A stretch of DNA of 64,000 nt from an uncultured Acidobacteriaceae bacterium. GTDB taxonomy: Bacteria > Acidobacteriota > Terriglobia > Terriglobales > Acidobacteriaceae. The position numbers and the translations under genes were made by a program. The DNA is taken from assembly GCA_964247475.1 (NCBI GenBank), contig CAXTUS010000002.1, positions 945 through 64,944 on the forward strand. Reading direction: 5' to 3'. Positions 21,615 through 31,080 of the stretch are shown here, piece by piece. Positions within the stretch are counted from its first letter, which is position 1. Every line of letters begins with the position of its first letter. The notes under the pieces are model-generated. The model was not told the origin of the DNA, did not search any database, and saw only the letters and a program-made list of their open reading frames with translations.

Positions 21615-24338
21615 TTAGAAGGTGTAGCGGGCGCCGGCTTCTACGCGGCGGCCATTGTCTGCGGCGTACGGGACGCCAAAGAGGGGCGAACCCAGGACAC
21701 CGCCGATCGAGGTGACGTTCAGGTGGTTCAGCACATTCGACGACCGCAGATTGAGCGTGAGGCTCTGCGGATGCTCGGCCTTCGGGTCGCGCGTAAGCAA
21801 GAAGGCGCGTTCCAGGTTGGTGTCGAGGTAGACGCTCCAGGGCAGCACGCCGCGGTTGCGCGGGAAGACGCCGGTGCCGCCTGAGGCCACCAGCAGTCCG
21901 TAGCGCGTGGCGAATGCGCCAGGCGTGCCGGCCGGGGCGAACTGAGGACGATCGTTGAAGTTGCCGTCTCCGTTGTTGTCGAAGCCGGTGGTGATGTTGA
22001 AGTGCTTGGCACCCTCGGCGTGGAGGTCTCCCGAGAGCTGCAGCTTTGCCGGGAGCTTGAAGGTGGCGTTGCCGAAGATCTGGTAGGTGCCCTGCTCGGT
22101 GCGGTGGGCGAACTCGCCGGCGTTCGAGTAGGCGCTCTGCGGGGTGAAGAAGGTGTCGTCGTTGGTGTCGTCGAGCTGGTTGACGTAGACGGCGCCGGCG
22201 AAGAACTGGGCGCGCTTCAGAGCGTGATTTTCAAGGATCGCGAAGACGACCTTGGCGTTGCCCTGGCCGCTGTTCTGGACCTCGAGGATGTTGAGATTCG
22301 GGGCGAACGGACGCGGGCCGGTGGGTGTGCCGTCGAGCGGCGCGTTGATGTTTGAGGAACGTGTGAAGTTCCAGATGCGTCCGTAGAGCCAGGTGAGCGA
22401 CAGGTTGAAGCCCCTGGGCAGGGTGTGCGAGCCGCCCACGCCGACCGCTGCCCAGCTCAGCTGCTGAATGTGCGGGTTGTACTGGCGGACGGTGTGGATG
22501 GGCGTCGCGGCGGCGAAGGGGCTGCCGTAGGTGGGGTTGTAGATGGTGCTGGTGATGCGGTTGGTTCCGTCCTCGCGCAGAACCTCGGCGTTGTCTGACT
22601 GGCTCATGCGCCCGGAGAACATGCCGAAGTGGGAGTTCAGAGTCCAAGAGCCCTGCTTGTTCGACCAGAGCACGCCGAGCCGGGGAACCAGCGCGTTCAG
22701 CATCGTCGGGTCATTTTGAAAGAAGTAGCGTACGCCGGCGGCGAGGTGCAGGCCGTGACCAGGATTGAAGTCGTCCTGGATGAAGAGCGCGTCGTGGAAC
22801 TCGGTGAAGCGGACCGTTGGGTTGCCCGCCACGTTTGCGAAGGCAGTCGCGGTGCCGCCTGGCAGGGCAAGCTGGGCGCGGCGGTACTGTTCGATGCCGC
22901 TGATGGTGGTGGTCTGCCCTGTCGGCAGGTTGCTGGCGTCGAGCAGCGGCGCCAGGCCTCCGCCAAACGTGTAGGCGCCATTGAAGTTGGAGGTCAGGTG
23001 CTGGTGCTCGTCGAAGAGGAAGAACTGCGTCCCGAACTTGAGCGTGTGCCGCCTGGTGGTCAGGATGGCATCGTCATCTATTTCAACGTTCAACTCGTGG
23101 AGCTGCTGCGGGCCGAGGGTGGAACCGCCGCCGGTAAAGGCGCCGGCTACCTGCACCTGCGCGGCGGTCGAGTTGGGCGTGTCGTTCTCGCCATCCCACC
23201 TAAGGCTCAGGCGGGCTTCGTGCATCAGGTGCGGGCTGGCGGTGGTGATGTCCGAGAAGCGCAGCATGTGTTCGTACTGGCTGGAGGCGTAGCCGGTCTC
23301 GGCGAGGCTGGTGCCGCCTACGCCGACGTTCCGGAGCGCGTTCACGTTGGCGCTGTAGCTGGTGATGAAGGTGTTCTTCGGGCCCAGCTGCCAGTCGATG
23401 CGAGCGTTGCCGATCCACAGCGCCTGGGGTGTTGCCACGTTGGCGAGGCTCGGGGTGAAGTTGCCTGCGGGATCAAGCGTGATGGCGTTGACGGCGGCGA
23501 AGTTGTCGATAGCGCGGTGTTCGAGGTCGAGTGAGAAGTCCGAGCCCTTTTGGCGAACAGGCCCGGTGAGCTCGAAGCCGTAGCGCTGCTTGCCCAGGGC
23601 GGCGCGGCTGGTTGAGAAGGGATCGCGTGCGTTCTCCCACGGGCTGCCGTTGGTCAGGAAGAGGGCGCCATGGTAGGTAGGCTGGCCGGGCTTGGTGTAG
23701 ACCTCGACTCGTCCACCGTCGAAGGGTGGCTCACGATATTGGGCGGAGAACTGGTCCGGGTTGACCTGGATGTAGGCGATGGAAGACTTGGGCGGCAGCT
23801 TGCTTGAGCCCTGAAAGCCGTCGACAGCGATGGTGACGTTGGTAGGGCTGCCGCCTCCGGCCGCGGCCAGCAGGCGAAGCTCGCGCAGCAGGTCGTCCGG
23901 GTCATCGGCGAGGGCCTGAAGTTGTGAGCCAGAGATGGTCTGGCTCATGGCGGTCGAGCTGGCGGAGGCGGGTGCGATAGTCCCGGCGTCCACGTCGACC
24001 TGGGTCTCGACGGATTCGGGGTTCAACGTGACGTCGAGGGCGGCCGTATGAGGAGCCTTGATGGCAAGGATGCTGTCGGCAAATCCCGCTGCGCGAGCGG
24101 TGAGTTGATGCGGGCCGGCTGTCACACAGGGAAAGCGGTAACGGCCGTCGTCCCCAGAGGTCTGGGTGATGCCGTCTATGGTGAGCGCGGCCCCGGGGAT
24201 CATGGCCCCGGTGGAGTCGCGGACCGCGCCGGTGAGCGCTGTGCCCGAGCAGGTGGAGTCATTGAGTGCCTGCGCATCGGCGTGGGCGCAGAAGGGCGAG
24301 GTCACCGCGATGGCGGCGAGAGGGAAGAGCTTGAGCAT
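21615..24338 (-). CDS. TonB-dependent receptor-like outer-membrane protein
   Basis: Signal peptide, GAVRDSTGAMIPGA carboxypeptidase-regulatory domain, NPDQFSAQY, C-terminal GRRVEAGARYTF. Confidence 0.88.
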   Translation of the reverse strand: MLKLFPLAAIAVTSPFCAHADAQALNDSTCSGTALTGAVRDSTGAMIPGAALTIDGITQTSGDDGRYRFPCVTAGPHQLTARAAGFADSILAIKAPHTAALDVTLNPESVETQVDVDAGTIAPASASSTAMSQTISGSQLQALADDPDDLLRELRLLAAAGGGSPTNVTIAVDGFQGSSKLPPKSSIAYIQVNPDQFSAQYREPPFDGGRVEVYTKPGQPTYHGALFLTNGSPWENARDPFSTSRAALGKQRYGFELTGPVRQKGSDFSLDLEHRAIDNFAAVNAITLDPAGNFTPSLANVATPQALWIGNARIDWQLGPKNTFITSYSANVNALRNVGVGGTSLAETGYASSQYEHMLRFSDITTASPHLMHEARLSLRWDGENDTPNSTAAQVQVAGAFTGGGSTLGPQQLHELNVEIDDDAILTTRRHTLKFGTQFFLFDEHQHLTSNFNGAYTFGGGLAPLLDASNLPTGQTTTISGIEQYRRAQLALPGGTATAFANVAGNPTVRFTEFHDALFIQDDFNPGHGLHLAAGVRYFFQNDPTMLNALVPRLGVLWSNKQGSWTLNSHFGMFSGRMSQSDNAEVLREDGTNRITSTIYNPTYGSPFAAATPIHTVRQYNPHIQQLSWAAVGVGGSHTLPRGFNLSLTWLYGRIWNFTRSSNINAPLDGTPTGPRPFAPNLNILEVQNSGQGNAKVVFAILENHALKRAQFFAGAVYVNQLDDTNDDTFFTPQSAYSNAGEFAHRTEQGTYQIFGNATFKLPAKLQLSGDLHAEGAKHFNITTGFDNNGDGNFNDRPQFAPAGTPGAFATRYGLLVASGGTGVFPRNRGVLPWSVYLDTNLERAFLLTRDPKAEHPQSLTLNLRSSNVLNHLNVTSIGGVLGSPLFGVPYAADNGRRVEAGARYTF

Positions 24339-24753
24339 AAGGCCTCGTGTGTGGTGCGGTCGGCTTGGAGCTTCTCCCGTGATTACGCGGCGGGGAAGGG
24401 GTTGGTTCCGTGGATTTTTGTTGCAGGCGCGCGCAGTGGAGACAGGCTCGGCGCGTCCCCGGTTTGCGTGTTGAATGTGGCTGTTCGAGGAGCGCGCTTT
24501 GGGAGAGATGGAGGACTGCTAGCCGTTTGCCTTGCGTTTGCCGCGATGTGCGGGCTGACCAGCTGTGGCCCATCAGGTCCGCACCCAGCTCCAGGAAGTG
24601 CGGCAGTGTCCCTAGCCGATCCGTCCCAATCGGCGACAGGGACGGTGTTGATCCAGCGGAGGCGAAAGCAAGCAGGCCGAACGCTGAGCGAGGCACCACC
24701 CACGAGGCAATCGCAGTTCACGGTGTGGATGCACTTGCTGTTGCTCTTTCGTC

Positions 24754-25746
24754 TTATTGCTGCTGCTGGGCCATCTGCTGCTGGCGGGTCAGGGGAGGTG
24801 GGCCTTCGGGCAGGGCCTGGGCTTTTTCTACCAAGATCGACCAGTCTTCAGGCACCGGCAGCTCCTGGTCAAGGGTCAGGGTACCTTCTGATGGTGTGAC
24901 CCGGACGGCGACGGTCAGCTCTGACGTGGCGCGGCCGCGGAACATGCCGTGGGTGGGCGGGACGTCGGCGTAGTCGCGACCGATCGCGGTGCGGATGTGG
25001 CGTTCGCCGGCGACGAGCCAATTCGTGGGATCGAAGCCAACCCAGCCGAAGTGCGGCATCAGGACCTCGATCCAGGCGTGCGTGGCGGAGGCTCCCGAGC
25101 GGTCGGTCTCAGTGTCCGTCACGCGGTGCGCGAGGTAGCCCGAGACGTAGCGGCACGGCAGACGCAGCTTTGAACGGATGAGCGTGATCATGATGTGCGC
25201 GAAGTCCTGGCAGACCCCTTTGCGGGTTTCAAGCGCATGATCGATCGGCGAATCGACCTTGGTGGAGCGCGGCACGTAGTCGAAGTAGCGGAAGATGCGT
25301 TCGTTCAGCTCATGCAGCAGCATCAGCGGGTCGTCGCGCCGGCGTACGTCGAGGTCGTGGGCGAGCTGGTCGAGCAGCGGGGTGGGCGCGCAGAATTCAG
25401 ACGGAAAGAGGAACTCCCAGTAGTCGCCCGCGGCTACGATCGAATCGAGATCGGCCCAGGCGTCGGGCGCGAGGAAGCTGGGGATTTCGACTGCGGGCTG
25501 CACCTCGACCAGGGACTCGGCGACGATCACCAATTGACGATGCTGACCTGGAATGTCGAAGTGGTGGACGTTGTTGCCGAGGTGATCGCGGTAGGAGAAG
25601 ACGCGGCAGCGTGGGCTGACCGAGAGATGGAAGGTAAGGCAGCGCTGGTTGGCGTCCGAGCGCGGGTGCATGCGCGTCTCCATCATGGACTCTGAGACCG
25701 GGTGCTTGTACAGGAACTTGGTCAGGTGGCGGATGGAGTAGAGCAT
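24754..25746 (-). CDS. Transglutaminase family protein (Bact_transglu_N + core) with Gln-rich tail
   Basis: MLYSIRHLTKFLY, GVCQDFAH (Cys), ATHAWIEV (His), FDPTN (Asp), GRDYADVPP. Confidence 0.92.
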   Translation of the reverse strand: MLYSIRHLTKFLYKHPVSESMMETRMHPRSDANQRCLTFHLSVSPRCRVFSYRDHLGNNVHHFDIPGQHRQLVIVAESLVEVQPAVEIPSFLAPDAWADLDSIVAAGDYWEFLFPSEFCAPTPLLDQLAHDLDVRRRDDPLMLLHELNERIFRYFDYVPRSTKVDSPIDHALETRKGVCQDFAHIMITLIRSKLRLPCRYVSGYLAHRVTDTETDRSGASATHAWIEVLMPHFGWVGFDPTNWLVAGERHIRTAIGRDYADVPPTHGMFRGRATSELTVAVRVTPSEGTLTLDQELPVPEDWSILVEKAQALPEGPPPLTRQQQMAQQQQ

Positions 25747-25792
25747 GGCGAACCCCCGAGGTGTGTCTTAACCCTAATACGAGAATCCAGAA

Positions 25793-26836
25793 TCAGTGTG
25801 GAAGCGCGAACATCCACGCGATATGCAGGCGGGCGCGGCGGCGGAAGAGCCACACGGGCAGGAGAACAGCGAGCAGCGTAGGCAGCAGCGTTTGCAGATA
25901 GGGATCTGTGACGTGGCCGAGGCAGAGCAGCTCACGGCCCGCTCCCTGCGGATAGGCAGCCAAAAGAAAGATGCCGAAAGATGCCTCTCCGATCATCGAC
26001 AGGATGCGGGCAGACCAGGAGTGGCCGAGTACGCGCGCGAAGAGCAGCAGCATAAGGGTGCCGAGGACACCCATGGGCAGGAACAGCAGCGAGGTATCGC
26101 GATGATCGTAGCCGGTCACGACCAGGATGAAGACAGCCAGGGCCAGCGATAGAGCGCCGGCGAGCCATGCCGGCACGCGCTCGATGCGCTCGTAGTTTGA
26201 ACCGACCCACATGCCGAGCACCAGGAAGGGCAGGAACTTGAGCCCGCGTGTAGCAAAGGCGATGTAGGTCCATGGATACCAGGTGGAGACGGCCGCAGCG
26301 ACCAGGGCAAAGGCCCAAGAGGGCAGACGCCGGCCCAGCATGCCGAGCACCAGAACGAAGAAGATGGTGGGGAGAAACCAGTTTGTCGAACCGGTGAGGA
26401 GTGCCAGCAGGAAAGCCCCGAAGGAAAGCGGTTTGACCAGTGTGTAGCGTGCGAAGACGACCGTTGCAAGGGCTGCAAGGGTCGTGAACAGCAGGTAGGG
26501 CCAGAGGATCGTGCGCAGGCGGCTGATGACGAACTGACGAGGTCCCCGCTTGTCCACGCTGGCACAGAGGAAGACGCCCGAGATGAAGAAGAACGCCGGC
26601 ATGTGGAAGGCATAGATGGCGTAGCCGGCGCGGAAGCCTACGTTCGACGTGCCCCACCAGCCGCGATGCTGGACGCCCTGGATGGTGTGGCCCATGGCGA
26701 CCAGCATAATGGCGATGCCGCGCACCACGTCGACCAGCATGGACCGTTTTGGGGGGTATGAGGCCGGGGCTGAACGGGTGGCAAGGTTAGGGGTGAAGGG
26801 GCCCGAAGGGTACTGCTCTGAAGGGGCTGCGGGCAT
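25793..26836 (-). CDS. Acyltransferase-3 (OafA-like) membrane acyltransferase
   Basis: DVVRGIAIMLVAMGH, YAFHMPAFFFISG, about 10 TM segments. Confidence 0.88.
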   Translation of the reverse strand: MPAAPSEQYPSGPFTPNLATRSAPASYPPKRSMLVDVVRGIAIMLVAMGHTIQGVQHRGWWGTSNVGFRAGYAIYAFHMPAFFFISGVFLCASVDKRGPRQFVISRLRTILWPYLLFTTLAALATVVFARYTLVKPLSFGAFLLALLTGSTNWFLPTIFFVLVLGMLGRRLPSWAFALVAAAVSTWYPWTYIAFATRGLKFLPFLVLGMWVGSNYERIERVPAWLAGALSLALAVFILVVTGYDHRDTSLLFLPMGVLGTLMLLLFARVLGHSWSARILSMIGEASFGIFLLAAYPQGAGRELLCLGHVTDPYLQTLLPTLLAVLLPVWLFRRRARLHIAWMFALPH

Positions 26837-26889
26837 GTCGTTGATCCGCGTTCGCGATGCTGGTCAGGTGGAACTCAGGATCTGGTCTC

Positions 26890-27888
26890 TCAGGTAGCCG
26901 CTCCGGTCAGTGCGGACTGTATGGTGAAGTCGATGTAGAGGTTGTACATGGTGTCGTGGATCTCCTGGCACTGATGCTGGATGCGGTGCAGGTAGGGGAC
27001 AACGCCGCGTTCGAAGATCTCATCGACCGAGTTGTAGGCGAGCGACGCCTGCACCTTGCCGCCGATGCGCTGCAGGCTCTCCGTGCGCACGCCGCCGCTG
27101 GCGCGTTCGATCGCGTTCAGCGCGTGGCGCATGGAATCGATCGAGAATCGCAGGGAGTGGGGGAACTCTTCGTCAAGGATCAGGAATTCGAGAATGCGGT
27201 CGGGGGTAAGGTCCGCGGTGTAGACCTTGCAGTAGGCCTCGAAGGCGGTGGCTGAACGTAGCAGCCCCATCCAGTCGAGGTATTCATTTGACTCGAGCTT
27301 GTCAGTCTGGTGCTCGCCCCAGAGGTCGTCGTGGTAGGCGACGAGCAGGGATGCGGTGGCCGAGGCGCGTTCGATGTAGCGGCCCACCTGGATGAACTGC
27401 CAGCCTTCGCCGTGGCTCATGGTGGAGTCGGAGACACCCTGGAACTGGTGTACAGCCTCCATGACCTGCTGCAGGAATTCGGTCGGCGCTTCGGGCTCAA
27501 AGGCCATGGTGCCGGGCTCCTGGCGGCTTTGAAACTCGGGCCGAGTGACCTGGAGGTAGAGCGAGTTCAGGCGATGCCATTGCTCGGTCGAGATCTGTTC
27601 GCGGACATGGCGTGAGTTCTCGCGCGCGGCGATCAGCAGGGAAAGGACCGACGAGCGGGACTCGACGTCGAAGGTGAGCTGCCGGACGAGTTCGTAGGGG
27701 TCGCCCTGCCACTTGACGTCCTTCGGGTTGTTGAGGGCGTGGAGTACGCGCACCCAGCGTCGTTCGGCCGAGATCGGAGACTCGTCGAGCATCAGGTTCA
27801 GATTCACCTCGAGCAGGCGCGTGGTGTGCTCGGCGCGCTCGAGGTAGCGGGACATCCAGTACAAGCTATCGGCTACGCGGCTTAGCAA
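26890..27888 (-). CDS. Alpha-E domain protein (DUF403)
   Basis: MLSRVADSLYWMSRYLERAE, ARENSRHVREQISTE, GRYIERA, FPHSLRF. Confidence 0.93.
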   Translation of the reverse strand: MLSRVADSLYWMSRYLERAEHTTRLLEVNLNLMLDESPISAERRWVRVLHALNNPKDVKWQGDPYELVRQLTFDVESRSSVLSLLIAARENSRHVREQISTEQWHRLNSLYLQVTRPEFQSRQEPGTMAFEPEAPTEFLQQVMEAVHQFQGVSDSTMSHGEGWQFIQVGRYIERASATASLLVAYHDDLWGEHQTDKLESNEYLDWMGLLRSATAFEAYCKVYTADLTPDRILEFLILDEEFPHSLRFSIDSMRHALNAIERASGGVRTESLQRIGGKVQASLAYNSVDEIFERGVVPYLHRIQHQCQEIHDTMYNLYIDFTIQSALTGAAT

Positions 27889-27909
27889 GAAGGCTCTCCG
27901 TGCGGGAAG

Positions 27910-28122
27910 TTAGGCGATGCGATGGACGTCAGGGAGGTGCGTACTCTTGATCGAGCTGAGATCGATGCGCTCGGACGCATGTTGCATGTCGATGCCGATG
28001 TTCTTTCCTGAATGGTCAAAGTCAGTTAGAAGCTCATCGGTGATCTCCTCCGACTCTGAGCCAGCGGAAGAGGAGAGATCGATGTTGAGCGAGTCCCTAT
28101 CTTCGAAGTAGTTGAGCTTCAT
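27910..28122 (-). CDS. DUF2283 family protein (putative antitoxin)
   Basis: MKLNYFEDRDSLNIDLS...ESEEITDELLTDFDHSGKNIGIDMQHAS pattern; GGAGG RBS. Confidence 0.8.
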   Translation of the reverse strand: MKLNYFEDRDSLNIDLSSSAGSESEEITDELLTDFDHSGKNIGIDMQHASERIDLSSIKSTHLPDVHRIA

Positions 28123-28326
28123 CGCGTCCTCCGTGTGTAGGCGCTATCTCGAAAGGCGCTTGGAAAGTTTGTCCGTCTTCTAGAGTAACAACCCGGAGAG
28201 CTTTGCCCCGCATTGCGTCGACATACCCCCGGAGGCTGACCCGGCATCTATTTCAACTTCACGTTCGAGGAAGTGTGCGAGGACCTCCCTGGCCTACTCG
28301 ATCTTCAGGTAAGGACGCTTCACCAT
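28119..28326 (-). pseudogene. Decayed small toxin gene (DUF4258/RelE-like partner of DUF2283)
   Basis: Three frames give VKRPYLKIE*AREVLAH, then GKALRVVTLEDGQTF (28207-28163), then AFRDSAYTRRTR* whose TGA overlaps the DUF2283 ATG; one TAG plus two frameshifts. Confidence 0.7.
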
Positions 28327-28459
28327 GACTCGTGGGAGATGCCGATCACCTCGGGCTCCTCTCTGGTCCTCTGATGTGGCCAGTGCGAGCCCGAATGCAG
28401 GGGTGCGTTGTGCCGGACGGGCGGTTCTGGGTGCGCTCTGCCCCCTTGCGCCGCTGGTC

Positions 28460-29938
28460 CTACTGGCTGAGTACCCATGTGTCTTTGCTACCTCCGCCTT
28501 GCGACGAGTTGACGACAAGCGAGCCCTGCTTGAGCGCGACCCGGGTCAGGCCGCCAGGTACGATCGAGACCTTGTCGCCGTAGAGCACATATGGCCGCAG
28601 GTCGACGTGGCGCGGTTCGAGTGCGTCGCCGATCAGGCACGGGGCCCTTGAAAACGTGATTGTGGGCTGCGCGATGTAATTTCGCGGATCGCTCTCGATC
28701 CGTTCGGCGAAGTCGGCGCGCTCGGCGGCGGTCGATTGCGGGCCGATCAGCATGCCGTAGCCGCCCGATTCACCGACCGCCTTGACGACCATCTTGCCGA
28801 GGTTTTCGATCACGTGCGCGCGCTCCTTCGGGCGGGTCATCAGGAAGGTCTCTACGTTTGCGAGGACCGGCTCTTCGGACAGGTAGTACTTGATGATCTC
28901 GGGCACGTAGGCGTAGAGCGCCTTGTCGTCCGCGACGCCGGTGCCGAAGGCATTGGCCAGCGTGACGTTGCCCGCGCGGTAAGCGTTGAAGAGCCCTGAG
29001 ACGCCAAGGATCGAATCGCCGCGGAAGCTGAGCGGGTCGATGAAGTCATCGTCCACCCGGCGGTAGATCACGTCCACGCGGCGCAGCCCGGAGGTGGTCC
29101 GCATGTAGATCACGTTGTCGTGCGTGACCAGGTCGCGGCCTTCAACCAGTTCAATGCCCATCTGCCGGGCAAGGTACGCGTGCTCGAAGTAGGCGGAGTT
29201 GAAGACGCCCGGCGACAGCAGCACGATGTTCGGCTCGGGGCGGCCCTCGGGTGCGAGCGAACGCAGCGTCCCCAGCAGCAGCTGGGTGTATTGCTCGATT
29301 GGACGGACGCCATAGTTGCGGAAGATCTGCGGAAAGATGCGCTTCATGACCCGGCGATTGGTGAGCATGTAGCTTACGCCCGACGGCACGCGCAGGTTGT
29401 CTTCAAGCACCACGAACTCGCCATTTTCGAGCCGGATCAGGTCTGTCCCGCAGACCGCTACGTACACGTTGCGCGGCACCTGAAGCCCGATCATCTGGCG
29501 GCGGAAGTGTTTGCAGCTATACACCACCTCACGCGGCACGATGCCGTCGGCGAGGATGCGACCCTCGTTGTAGATGTCCTTGAGGAACAGGTTCAGGGCC
29601 ATGATGCGCTGGGTCAGGCCTCGCTCTACCTTCTCCCATTCGGCCGCGGTGATGATGCGCGGGATCAGGTCGTAGGGGAAGATCTGTTCCTTCCCCTCGT
29701 CTCGTCCGTAAACCGTGAAGGTGATCCCCTGGTTCAGGAAGCTGAGATCGGCGGCGGCTTTGCGGCGCTGCAGCTCGCCCTCGGGCAGCGAGCCAAAGTG
29801 GTTCAGCAGAGGCTGGTAGTGCTCGCGCAGTTCGGCGGACGAGTCCGGTTCGCGCAGGAACATCTCGTCATACGCGTGGTCCAGCAGATAGTTCTTCGTC
29901 GCAATCTGCTCGAGGGGCTTCGCCTGGGTTGTCTCCAT
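28460..29938 (-). CDS. Circularly permuted type 2 ATP-grasp protein (DUF407)
   Basis: [67 protein letters not shown]. Confidence 0.95.
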   Translation of the reverse strand: METTQAKPLEQIATKNYLLDHAYDEMFLREPDSSAELREHYQPLLNHFGSLPEGELQRRKAAADLSFLNQGITFTVYGRDEGKEQIFPYDLIPRIITAAEWEKVERGLTQRIMALNLFLKDIYNEGRILADGIVPREVVYSCKHFRRQMIGLQVPRNVYVAVCGTDLIRLENGEFVVLEDNLRVPSGVSYMLTNRRVMKRIFPQIFRNYGVRPIEQYTQLLLGTLRSLAPEGRPEPNIVLLSPGVFNSAYFEHAYLARQMGIELVEGRDLVTHDNVIYMRTTSGLRRVDVIYRRVDDDFIDPLSFRGDSILGVSGLFNAYRAGNVTLANAFGTGVADDKALYAYVPEIIKYYLSEEPVLANVETFLMTRPKERAHVIENLGKMVVKAVGESGGYGMLIGPQSTAAERADFAERIESDPRNYIAQPTITFSRAPCLIGDALEPRHVDLRPYVLYGDKVSIVPGGLTRVALKQGSLVVNSSQGGGSKDTWVLSQ

Positions 29939-30003
29939 TAAAGGTTGAGTATAGCGGCAGGGATGATGTTGAACACTGCGATTCCCTTCTTTGCCGGTGG
30001 GAT

Positions 30004-30933
30004 TCAGGGCTGGGAAGTGATTTCGGGAATGGTTGGGGGCGCAGCCTGCCGGCCGGAGTGGCTGGAGCGCGAACCAAGAGAATTGCGCTGCAGATGCGTC
30101 AGCAGGGCGGTGACCACACGTTCGCAGGCATCCTCGATCAGCCAGTGAGACGCGCCGTGCAGCCGTTCGAACTGGAAGTCGGCCTGCACATAGGAGGCGG
30201 TCGCGAGTGCCGCTGTCTCGCCAAGCGCCACGTCCTGGTCACCCCACAGATAGAGGGTCGGCGTGGTGATGGCGCCTGCTTGCTGCTTCCGGCTCAGGGC
30301 GCGATACCAGTTCAGCGCGGCGGTCATGGTTCCGCCTTCAGAGAGGCGCTGGACGTTGCGCTCGAGCGCATGGATCGTCAGCCTGCCCTGGTAGAGGCTG
30401 CGCAGCCGCTTTGCGTTGCCAGCCAACAGGACGCGCTCGGCGATGTGGAACGGCAGACGGAAGAAAGGAATGTAGCGCGAGCGGCGGCGTTGATCTCCAT
30501 CCTTCTTGGCCGCCTCCCAGAAGGCATCGGTGTGCGGCGTCGAGAGCACGGTGAGCGAGAGCAGGCGCTCCGGGTGTCCGGCCGCAATCTGCCAGGCGAG
30601 CAGACCGCCCCAGTCATGCGCTGCCAGGTGAAAGCGCTTTGCGCCCAGGCAGTCCGCGACGCCGAGCGCGTCCGAGGTAAGTTGATCAACGGTGTAGTCA
30701 TGCACCTTTTTAGGCCTGGCGCCGACGCTGTAGCCCCGTTGATCAAATGCGACGACGCGAAAGCCAGCCTTCGCGAGGGGCCGCATGACTGGCAGCCAGG
30801 AGTCGGCGAACTGCGGGAAGCCGTGCAGTAACAGGACAAGCTCGCCCGTTTCAGGACCCGCACTCCAAGTCGTAAAGGTGAACCCGTTGACTGCGAGGCT
30901 GCCGGCTGCGACGATGACCTGATCTGTTGGCAT
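30004..30933 (-). CDS. Alpha/beta hydrolase (epoxide hydrolase-like)
   Basis: LLHGFP, DQRGY, AHDWGG (Asp nucleophile), WGDQD, ASHW. Confidence 0.9.
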   Translation of the reverse strand: MPTDQVIVAAGSLAVNGFTFTTWSAGPETGELVLLLHGFPQFADSWLPVMRPLAKAGFRVVAFDQRGYSVGARPKKVHDYTVDQLTSDALGVADCLGAKRFHLAAHDWGGLLAWQIAAGHPERLLSLTVLSTPHTDAFWEAAKKDGDQRRRSRYIPFFRLPFHIAERVLLAGNAKRLRSLYQGRLTIHALERNVQRLSEGGTMTAALNWYRALSRKQQAGAITTPTLYLWGDQDVALGETAALATASYVQADFQFERLHGASHWLIEDACERVVTALLTHLQRNSLGSRSSHSGRQAAPPTIPEITSQP

Positions 30934-31080
30934 GACGAGACTTCCTTGAGGAACCGGGGTTCAAACCGGGGTGCGAGATCTTTCGTGGGATTGGATGCGG
31001 GGCACAGCTTGGGTGAGCATCAAAGTGGTCTGGTGCGGCTGCACCTGCGCAGCTCCAGATTGAAGGATGGTAAGAACGTG

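Noticed and set aside
24048-24973. ORFs 24048..24899 and 24410..24973 in the receptor/transglutaminase gap
   Set aside because: They overlap real genes on the opposite strand and have Arg/Ala/Gly-rich non-protein composition.
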